The notes beneath the pieces are model-generated. The model was not told where the DNA came from and made no database searches. It saw nothing but the letters and a program-made list of their open reading frames with translations. This document shows, piece after piece, positions 40,353 through 48,079 of a DNA stretch of 64,000 bases. A program made the position numbers and the translations under genes. Positions within the stretch are counted from its first letter, which is position 1; every line of letters begins with the position of its first letter. This stretch comes from Candidatus Staskawiczbacteria bacterium (GTDB lineage Bacteria > Patescibacteriota > Minisyncoccia > Minisyncoccales > Staskawiczbacteraceae): positions 16,920 through 80,919 of the forward strand of contig CAILLM010000002.1 in NCBI GenBank assembly GCA_903835075.1, in the 5' to 3' direction.

Positions 40353-40451
40353 TTATTTTAGAACTGGAGCAATTAAAAATAACACAGTGCCTAATGCCAC
40401 TAAGCTTATTAATATTGTCCAAGTAATTTTAAATAATGTTTTTCTTTTCAT
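40353..40451 (-). CDS. Possible 32-aa hydrophobic peptide (hand-translated)
   Basis: MKRKTLFKITWTILISLVALGTVLFLIAPVLK. Below the ORF-track cutoff, with no other support. Confidence 0.25.
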   Translation of the reverse strand: MKRKTLFKITWTILISLVALGTVLFLIAPVLK

Positions 40452-40457
40452 AAATTA

Positions 40458-40865
40458 ATGGTATCTGATTTTAATAAAAAAGGGAATAGCAAATTCTTTA
40501 ATAACAATCTTTTGTATAAAATAGGCGGGGTTTTTATTTTATTTTTTATTGTTTTTATGGTTTTTGAAGATATAAAAATATATAATAAAAAACAAGAATT
40601 AATTTCTCAGATAAACATTTATAAAAAACAAATTGAAGAGTTAAAAAATAGTAGTAAAAATTTGCAAAATGAAATTGCAAATTCAGATAGTGTGGATTAT
40701 TTGGAAAAATTAGGTTATGAGCAATTTGGTCAAACCAAGCCAGGTGAAACAGAATATATGTTTGTAAAAACCCCCAAAAAACCCGAAGGTTATGTTGTGT
40801 CCAAAAATCCATGGGAAGTTTTTACTGCTTGGTTTTCTGGCATATGGTCTAAACCTAAAAATTAG
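40458..40865 (+). CDS. FtsB/DivIC-like septum formation initiator
   Basis: N-terminal TM segment, coiled coil, and YLEKLGYEQFGQTKPGE, typical of the family. Confidence 0.55.
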   Translation: MVSDFNKKGNSKFFNNNLLYKIGGVFILFFIVFMVFEDIKIYNKKQELISQINIYKKQIEELKNSSKNLQNEIANSDSVDYLEKLGYEQFGQTKPGETEYMFVKTPKKPEGYVVSKNPWEVFTAWFSGIWSKPKN

Positions 40866-40902
40866 TGTATTATTGTTTACACTGAGGCCGTAAGGCAAAA
40901 GT

Positions 40903-40976
40903 GCGAGAGTGGTTCAATGGTAGAACGTATCCTTCCCAAGGATAAGACGCGGGTTCGATTCCCGTCTTTCGCTCCA
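40903..40976 (+). tRNA. tRNA-Gly (CCC)
   Basis: Hand-folded. Acceptor gcgagag/ctttcgc, anticodon loop ttCCCaa, T-loop ttcgatt, encoded CCA. Confidence 0.85.
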
Positions 40977-40982
40977 TTTTTC

Positions 40983-41058
40983 GCCACCTTAGCTCAGTTG
41001 GTAGAGCAACGCTTTCGTAAAGCGTGGGTCCGCAGTTCGATTCTGCGAGGTGGCTCCA
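40983..41058 (+). tRNA. tRNA-Thr (CGT)
   Basis: Hand-folded. Acceptor gccacct/aggtggc, anticodon loop ttCGTaa, T-loop ttcgatt, encoded CCA. Confidence 0.85.
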
Positions 41059-41092
41059 AAAATCAGGTTAACCATGGTTAACCTGAAATATT

Positions 41093-42796
41093 ATGGAACA
41101 AGAAATTAAATTATGCCAAAATTGTAAAAAGGACTTTACTATAGAGCCTCAAGATTTTGATTTCTATGAAAAAATGAAAGTGCCAGCTCCAACGTTTTGT
41201 CCGGAATGTAGGTTTCAACGTCGCATAATGTTTCGCAATGAAAGGACGCTTTATAAGCGAAAGTGTGATTTGTGTGGCAAGGATGTGGTGACAATTTTTT
41301 CTTTAGATTCAAAATTGATTGTGTATTGCCAATCGTGTTGGTGGTCGGACAAATGGGACGATGGTGAATATTTTTTAGATTATAACCCAGAAAAACCGTT
41401 TTTTGAGCAAATGATTGAATTGCAGAAAAAAACTCCGCATATGGCTTTAGTGAGTGAATATGCAACATTGATTAACAGTGATTATGTAAATCACGCAGGA
41501 GGGCTTAAAAATTGTTATTTAATCTTTAACGCTGATTTTTGTGAAAATGTTTTATACTCAACAGTAGTTGTTCGAGTTAAAGATTCTTTGGATTGCCATA
41601 TGGTTGGCGAATCAGAGCTTATGTATGAAGACATTGATAGCACGGGTTATAAGCTATTTTTCTCCGAAAGTTGCACAAAATGTAGTGAATCTTATTTTTT
41701 AAAAAGTTGCATTGGTTGTGATAATTGTTTTGGTTGCATTAATTTAAGAAATAAAAAATACTGCATTTTTAATCAGCAATTTACGCGAGAAGAATATTTT
41801 GAAAAAATTAAGGAATACAAACTTAACAGTCATAGTGAATTGTTGAAGATTAGAAAAATAGTCGATGATTTTTGGTTGAAATATCCTAATAAATTTATGC
41901 ACAAAGACGCCCAGTGCGTCAATGTTTCTGGGGAATATGTTTTTCGTGCAAAAAATGCTTTAAACTGTTATCAGGCGCGCGAGCTGGAAGATGCTCGTTA
42001 TTGTCAGTTTATAACAATGCCACCGGCTAAAGATATTTATGATCTTACCGAGTGGGGGATGGGTGTTCAGCGGGTAGTAGATGTCACGGGCGTTGGCGAT
42101 GGGGCTGACATGGTCAAATTTAGCATGAATGCCTGGCATCAAGGAACTATGGAGGTGGAATATGGGATGTATAATATATCATGTCAAAATGTTTTTGGTT
42201 GCATTAACCAGAAGAAAAAACAATATAGTATTTTAAATAAGAAGTATTCGTCGGAGGAATATTTTGCTTTGCGTGCGCAAATCATAGAAGACATGGAAAA
42301 AAATCCTTATGTTGATTCTGTGGGAAGAATTTGGCATTATGGAGATTTCTTGCCATATGACTTAAGCCCATTCACATATAACGAATCTCAAGCAATACAA
42401 TATTACCCGCTTTCTAAAGAAGAAATTTTAAAAAAGGGATGGACATGGCGTGAGCCAGTTACGAGCAGTCACGTTATAACAATACCGGCCAATAAAATCC
42501 CCGACAATATTAATGAAACACAAGATTCAATATTAAGAGAAATTTTAGGATGCGATTTGTGCGGTAAAGCTTTTAAAATAACTTCGGCTGAGTTCGCGCT
42601 TTTAAAGCGTTTTGGATTTTCTGTTCCACATTTTTGCTCGGATTGTCGGCATATGGAGCGCATTAAACGAATTAACCCGCCTAAATTATGGAATCGTAAT
42701 TGTGCTAAATGCAACACAGCATTTCAAACATCTTACGCGCCCGATAGGCCGGAAATTGTGTATTGCGAAGGCTGTTACAATAACGAAGTAAATTAA
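41093..42796 (+). CDS. Cys-rich multi-zinc-ribbon protein, paralog A
   Basis: N-terminal CQNCKKDFTIEPQDFDFYEKMKVPAPTFCPECRFQRR (zf-trcl-like). Central repeats of the GCINLRNKKYCIFN type. C-terminal double ribbon ending RPEIVYCEGCYNNEVN. Confidence 0.75.
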   Translation: MEQEIKLCQNCKKDFTIEPQDFDFYEKMKVPAPTFCPECRFQRRIMFRNERTLYKRKCDLCGKDVVTIFSLDSKLIVYCQSCWWSDKWDDGEYFLDYNPEKPFFEQMIELQKKTPHMALVSEYATLINSDYVNHAGGLKNCYLIFNADFCENVLYSTVVVRVKDSLDCHMVGESELMYEDIDSTGYKLFFSESCTKCSESYFLKSCIGCDNCFGCINLRNKKYCIFNQQFTREEYFEKIKEYKLNSHSELLKIRKIVDDFWLKYPNKFMHKDAQCVNVSGEYVFRAKNALNCYQARELEDARYCQFITMPPAKDIYDLTEWGMGVQRVVDVTGVGDGADMVKFSMNAWHQGTMEVEYGMYNISCQNVFGCINQKKKQYSILNKKYSSEEYFALRAQIIEDMEKNPYVDSVGRIWHYGDFLPYDLSPFTYNESQAIQYYPLSKEEILKKGWTWREPVTSSHVITIPANKIPDNINETQDSILREILGCDLCGKAFKITSAEFALLKRFGFSVPHFCSDCRHMERIKRINPPKLWNRNCAKCNTAFQTSYAPDRPEIVYCEGCYNNEVN

Positions 42797-42848
42797 TATA
42801 GAAACAGCCGAAGTCCTGAGCCGTGCCGAAGGACGAAACTTGCTACCA
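42746..42848. repeat. 103-nt near-identical block (3' end of paralog A plus downstream)
   Basis: Matches 44560-44662 with only 3 mismatches, whereas the gene bodies are strongly diverged. Confidence 0.85.
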
Positions 42849-42942
42849 GCAAGAAGTTGCATAAAATTAAAGATAACTTTTTTGCCACGTGGCAAAAAAG
42901 TTAGGTTAATGAGTATTAACTTAAGTAACTTGCAGTAAAAGC

Positions 42943-44610
42943 ATGGAACAAGATGCGCGTAATTGTCAGAATTGCAAAAGCGAGTTTGTAATTGAGCCCG
43001 ATGATTTTGCGTTTTACGAAAAAATGAAGGTACCAGCACCAACATTTTGCCCAGAGTGCAGGAGACGAAGAAGATTGTCTTGGCGAAATGATTTTGTTTT
43101 TTATAATCGTAATTGTGATTTGTGCAAAAGAAACATAATTTCAATTTATTCTCCGGATAGCCCTCAAGTAATTTATTGCAATAAATGTTGGTGGGGTGAT
43201 GGCTGGGATCCAAAAAAATATGCACAAGATTTTGATTTTAGCCGTACTTTTTTTGAGCAATTTAAAGAATTTCGCCTAAAAGTGCCAACTCTTGCTTTAA
43301 CTAATGACAATAATATAGGAAGTGAAAATTGTGAATATACGCAAAATTTTGCTTTGGGTAAAAATTGCTATATGACAATGGTTTCTTGGAAGGTTGAAAA
43401 TTGTATGTACACTTGTTATGCCGCTGAAACAAAAGACACAGTGGATTCAATGGGAATTTTTAGCACTGGCGAAGGTCTTTACGAGGTAATGTATAGTGAA
43501 AAATGTTTTGGATGTAGAAATATCTATGGTTCTTCAAGTCTTATGAATTGCGCCTATTGTACAGAATGCGTGGGCTGTGAAAATTGCTTTATGTGTATAA
43601 ACTTGCGGAATAAGCAATATTATATTTTAAATAAACCCTATTCCAAAGAGGAGTACGAAAAGATTATAAATTCTTATAAATTAGAAACGCTTAGCGGAAG
43701 CGAAAAAGCCAGAGTTGAATTTGAGGCTTTTTTACGCACTCAGCCAAGGAGATTTGTTTCTTCAAGGAATTGCGTTAATTGCACGGGAAACAACATAATT
43801 AATAGCAAAAATGCAAAAAATGTTTTTCATTGTCGCAGATCGGAAGATTCTAAATATTTAGAGAATGGCGATACCCAAAAAGATAGTTATGACTTGTGCG
43901 TTGGTGGGGAACTTTCAGAATGTTATGAGGGTATAACTCCAGATAACTCAAACAAAGCATTGTTTTCTATTTATACATGGAAATGCATGGATGTAGCTTA
44001 TTCGGAATTTTTGCAATCTTCAAAAAATTGTTTTGGCAGTGTTGCTTTAAAACATGGTGAATATTCAATTTTTAATAAACAATACACCAAAGAAGAATAT
44101 TTTAAGTTAAAAGATGAAATTATAGAGCATATGAAAAAAAGTGGAGAATGGGGGGAGTTTTTTCCAATAAATTACTCACCATTTTCCTATAATGAATCCA
44201 TGGCAATGGTAGATTTTCCTTTAACAAAAGAAGAAGCTTTGATAAAAGGTCTTAATTGGCAAGATAATATTCAGGAAACCAAGGGCAAAACAACTTTAAA
44301 AAATATTCCAGATAGCATAAATAATGTTGAGGATTCAATTTTAAATGAAATTTTAGAATGTTCTGTTTGTGAAAGAAATTATAAAATAGTTACTGATGAG
44401 CTGGCTTTTTATAGAAAATGGAAAATTCCAGTACCTACAAAATGCTTTTTTTGTAGAATTAAAAAAAGACTAGAAATTCGCGGGCCATCTAGGCTTTGGC
44501 ATAGGAATTGCATGAATAAAGGTTGCACAAATGAATTTGAAACCAGCTATGCGCCCAACAGGCCGGAAATTGTGTATTGCGAAGGCTGTTACAATAACGA
44601 AGTAAATTAA
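42943..44610 (+). CDS. Cys-rich multi-zinc-ribbon protein, paralog B
   Basis: Same architecture as 41093-42796. N-terminal CQNCKSEFVIEPDDFAFYEKMKVPAPTFCPECRRRRR. Confidence 0.75.
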   Translation: MEQDARNCQNCKSEFVIEPDDFAFYEKMKVPAPTFCPECRRRRRLSWRNDFVFYNRNCDLCKRNIISIYSPDSPQVIYCNKCWWGDGWDPKKYAQDFDFSRTFFEQFKEFRLKVPTLALTNDNNIGSENCEYTQNFALGKNCYMTMVSWKVENCMYTCYAAETKDTVDSMGIFSTGEGLYEVMYSEKCFGCRNIYGSSSLMNCAYCTECVGCENCFMCINLRNKQYYILNKPYSKEEYEKIINSYKLETLSGSEKARVEFEAFLRTQPRRFVSSRNCVNCTGNNIINSKNAKNVFHCRRSEDSKYLENGDTQKDSYDLCVGGELSECYEGITPDNSNKALFSIYTWKCMDVAYSEFLQSSKNCFGSVALKHGEYSIFNKQYTKEEYFKLKDEIIEHMKKSGEWGEFFPINYSPFSYNESMAMVDFPLTKEEALIKGLNWQDNIQETKGKTTLKNIPDSINNVEDSILNEILECSVCERNYKIVTDELAFYRKWKIPVPTKCFFCRIKKRLEIRGPSRLWHRNCMNKGCTNEFETSYAPNRPEIVYCEGCYNNEVN

Positions 44611-44662
44611 TATAAAAACAGCCGAAGTCCTGAGCCGTGCCGAAGGGCGAAACTTGTTACCA
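44560..44662. repeat. 103-nt near-identical block (3' end of paralog B plus downstream)
   Basis: See 42746-42848. Confidence 0.85.
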
Positions 44663-44818
44663 AAATGAAGTCTCCTAGTATATTAGGTAGTAAAAAAAAC
44701 ACAATAACCGACTAAATTGGTCGGTTATGCGATGAAAAGACGAATTTAATCCCATGAAAAGTTCACATTACGATTTGGACTTTTTTCTTTATGAAAAATA
44801 TGATAAACTTGAAATAAC

Positions 44819-45908
44819 ATGGCAGAAATAACTCCACAAATTGAAGAGCTTGAATCACGCCTCCAGAATTTGGGAGACCGTCTTTGACATAACCGGAAAA
44901 GAAAAGAAATTAAAAGAATTAGAAGACGAGTCTGTAACGCCAGATTTTTGGAATAATAACGAACATGCAACAGAAGTTCAGCAAGAAATTTCAGAAATAA
45001 AAAATGAGATTTCAGCTTTAGAAGAAATAAAGAAAGATATAACCGCCTTCGCCGAAGGCTTCGGCGAGTCAAGGGAAGATTTAAATAAAAAGATAGAAAA
45101 ATTGGAATTTAAAACCTATTTATCTGGCAAATATGACAAAAATAATGCAATTTTAGAAATATTTTCTGGCGCAGGTGGGCAAGATTCGCAAGATTGGTCA
45201 ACAATGCTTTTACGAATGTATGAGAGATATTGCAACAGCAAGGGTTGGAAAACTGAAATTTTACATCAAGCATTTGGAGAGGGTGGTGGACCAGAAGGAA
45301 GAATTGGCACAAAATCTGTCACAATAGAAATAAAGGGAAGTCATGCATATGGATTTTTGAAAAAAGAAGCAGGGGTGCACAGGCTAGTAAGGCTTTCACC
45401 GTTTAATTCGCAAAAACTTAGACACACTTCCTTTGCTTTAGTAAATGTTTTGCCCGAGATAAAGGATAGCGAATTATCCGCCCTAGGCGGACCAGCCTCG
45501 GGCTGGGAAATTAGGCCAGATGATTTAAAAATTGATACCTTTAAGGCTTCTGGACCAGGCGGACAGTATGTTAACAAAACAGAATCAGCAGTAAGAATTA
45601 CGCACATACCAACGGGAATTGTTGTGGCTTCACAAACCGAAAGATTGCAGGGAAAGAACAAAGATAAGGCAATGAAAATATTGGTTGCAAAACTATACCA
45701 GTTGCGCGAAGAACAACACGTAAAAGAAATTAAAGAAATAAAAGGGGAAAACATTTCTGTGCGTTTTGGAAATCAAATAAGGTCTTATGTTTTACACCCA
45801 TATAAAATGGTAAAAGACTTACGCACACTTTACGAAGCATCTGATGCAGAAGGAGTTTTAGATGGGGATTTAGAAAAATTTATTGAAGCTGAAATAAAAC
45901 ATGATTAA
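44819..45908 (+). CDS. prfB: Peptide chain release factor 2, with programmed +1 frameshift
   Basis: Frame 0: MAEITPQIEELESRLQNLGDRL then CTT TGA C at 44882-44888, preceded by GGGAG. The +1 frame continues as DITGKEKK... SPF-equivalent region and GGQ motif (SGPGGQYVNKTESAVR). Confidence 0.92.
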
Positions 45909-46581
45909 ATTTAATAAAGTAGAAAAAATTTATCCTCCTGAGACGCTAGTTTTTGATGAGATTTCTTTTCAAATAAAAAAGGGGGAGTTCGTGTCATTTG
46001 TTGGAAAGTCGGGAGCTGGAAAAACCACTTTGTTGTATATGATTTTGGGCCTGGAGATGCCAACTTCCGGAGAAGTTTATTTTGAAGATGTTAATTTAAG
46101 TGAAGCTAGCCATGATAAAATCCAAGAGCTGAGAAGAAAAATAGGTGTTATTCATCAGGACTATAAATTATTACCCAAAAAAACTGTTTACGAAAATGTG
46201 TCTTATGTTATGGAAGTAGAAGGTAAAGATGCAGAGGAAATAGAAAGAGAAGTCCCCAAAGTTTTGGAAGTGATTGGCTTGGAAAGTAAGGTTAATAATT
46301 TCCCAAATGAACTTTCTGGTGGGGAAAAACAAAGATTAGCTATTGCTAGGGCACTTGTTAACCAGCCAGACATTATTATTGCCGACGAACCAACGGGTAA
46401 CTTAGACCCTTACAACACCTATGAAGTAATTTCTCTTCTAAGAAAAATAAATGAAGCAGGTAAAACAATAATTTTAGCTACGCACGACAGAGAGGTTATA
46501 AATAAATTAGGCAAAAGGGTTATTACTTTAGAAAAAGGTAAAATATTAAGAGATGAAGCTGAGGGTAAATTTATCATTTAA
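45901..46581 (+). CDS. ftsE: Cell division ABC ATPase FtsE
   Basis: GKSGAGKTT, LSGGEKQR, IIADEPTGNLD. Confidence 0.9.
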   Translation: MIKFNKVEKIYPPETLVFDEISFQIKKGEFVSFVGKSGAGKTTLLYMILGLEMPTSGEVYFEDVNLSEASHDKIQELRRKIGVIHQDYKLLPKKTVYENVSYVMEVEGKDAEEIEREVPKVLEVIGLESKVNNFPNELSGGEKQRLAIARALVNQPDIIIADEPTGNLDPYNTYEVISLLRKINEAGKTIILATHDREVINKLGKRVITLEKGKILRDEAEGKFII

Positions 46582-46595
46582 ATAATTTAAAAAAT

Positions 46596-47510
46596 ATGTT
46601 TACAAATTTTAAAAGAATAACAGACTTTGCAGTAAAAGATTTTAGCAGAAACAAAGGCATTTCAATTGCTGCAATATTTGTTTTGGTGATTACAATTATG
46701 TTAGTTACTGGGTTATTCTTTTTTCAGGGCATGGTGGGTTATTTAACAACTCAAATTCAAGATAAAATTGATATTACAGCTTATTTCAAAGATGGCACTG
46801 CTGAGCAAGATATTTTAAATGCAAAAGATGAAATTATAAAAATGTCTCCAAGTGTAAAAAATATAGAATATGTTTCTAAAGATCAGGCGTTGGCAACTTT
46901 TAATACAACACATCAATCGGACACGGTTTTATCACAAGCGTTGCAGGAAGTAGGAGTTAATCCATTTTTGCCTTCTTTGAATATCACAACAAACGGGGAT
47001 GCTACTCAATATTCTCAAATTTCTAATCTTTTACAAACAGCGGATTTTAGTAATTTGGTTGACAGCGTAGATTATTCTCAGAAAAAAGATATCATTGAAA
47101 AAGTTTATTCCATAACATCTAAAATAAACTTAGTGGGCCTAATTTTGGGAATTATTTTAGTTATTTTAGCTATATTAGTAGTTTATAATACAATAAAACT
47201 TGCAATAGAAAATTCCAGCGAAGAAATTAGCACAATGAAAATAGTTGGTGCGTCTGATTGGTTTATACGCGGACCATTTATCGTGCAAGGAGCAATTTAT
47301 GGGTTAGTTTCATTTTTAGTTTGTATTGTTGTTACTGCTATTGCTGCATTCTTTTTGTCTCCTCAAACAGCAATCGCTTTGCCAGGGTTTGATATGTTTG
47401 GTTATTTTATGAGTAATTTGTGGATTTTTATATTAATACAATTGGGGTTTGGCGTAGGTGTAGGGGGAATTTCTAGTTTTATTGTTGTCAAAAAACACTT
47501 ACAGGTATAA
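46596..47510 (+). CDS. ftsX: Cell division permease-like protein FtsX
   Basis: N-terminal TM segment, periplasmic domain and 3 C-terminal TM segments. Adjacent to ftsE. Confidence 0.85.
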   Translation: MFTNFKRITDFAVKDFSRNKGISIAAIFVLVITIMLVTGLFFFQGMVGYLTTQIQDKIDITAYFKDGTAEQDILNAKDEIIKMSPSVKNIEYVSKDQALATFNTTHQSDTVLSQALQEVGVNPFLPSLNITTNGDATQYSQISNLLQTADFSNLVDSVDYSQKKDIIEKVYSITSKINLVGLILGIILVILAILVVYNTIKLAIENSSEEISTMKIVGASDWFIRGPFIVQGAIYGLVSFLVCIVVTAIAAFFLSPQTAIALPGFDMFGYFMSNLWIFILIQLGFGVGVGGISSFIVVKKHLQV

Positions 47511-47628
47511 TATAGACCGTAATATTGCGAGATCGTCCCTCGGCCGTAGCCCGTTGGTCTACAGCCTACGGGCGAGGCTAACGGCCCCGCCTTAGCGGGG
47601 TCCCGCTGTGGCGGGATAAGACACTACT

Positions 47629-47868
47629 ATGTATTTTGTTTATATTCTCAAAAGTATAAAAGATTCTAAATATTATATTGGTCAAACCGAAAATTTAAGC
47701 GATAGGTTGAATAAGCATAACGTAGGACAAGTTAAATCAACACGTAATAGAAGGCCTTTTGTTTTGATAAAATCAGAAATTTTTGATACAAGGAGTGAAG
47801 CTAGAAAAAGAGAAAATTATTTGAAAAAACTAAAGGGTGGTAATGAATTTAAAAAAATAATAAACTGA
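47629..47868 (+). CDS. GIY-YIG nuclease-domain protein (short)
   Basis: YFVYILKS...YYIGQTENLSDRLNKHN. Paralog of 31513-31767. Confidence 0.8.
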   Translation: MYFVYILKSIKDSKYYIGQTENLSDRLNKHNVGQVKSTRNRRPFVLIKSEIFDTRSEARKRENYLKKLKGGNEFKKIIN

Positions 47869-47886
47869 AGGATTTGTTTTCAGGGC

Positions 47887-47960
47887 TGCGGGATCGTCTA
47901 ATGGTAGGACACGTCCCTCTGAAGGATGTTATCTAGGTTCGAGTCCTAGTCCCGCAGCCA
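47887..47960 (+). tRNA. tRNA-Gln (CTG)
   Basis: Hand-folded. Acceptor tgcggga/tcccgca (U1-A72), anticodon loop ctCTGaa, T-loop ttcgagt, encoded CCA. Confidence 0.85.
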
Positions 47961-48031
47961 TCACATGCTAAGTCAGGTGACTGAGATGCATGACGAAAAA
48001 AGCATGGTTGCGACCCGCAGCTTTGGAAATA

Positions 48032-48079
48032 AAACAAACTAAAAAGGCATAGAATTTTCCATGCCTTTTTAGTTTGTTT
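48032..48079. terminator. Long perfect hairpin at the end of the RT gene
   Basis: aaacaaactaaaaaggcat / atgcctttttagtttgttt: a 19-bp perfect stem overlapping the RT stop codon. Confidence 0.7.

Noticed and set aside
47629-47960. GIY-YIG ORF as a homing endonuclease of an intron in tRNA-Gln
   Set aside because: The tRNA-Gln folds as an intact, uninterrupted 74-nt cloverleaf downstream of the ORF, and I could recognise no group I intron core.
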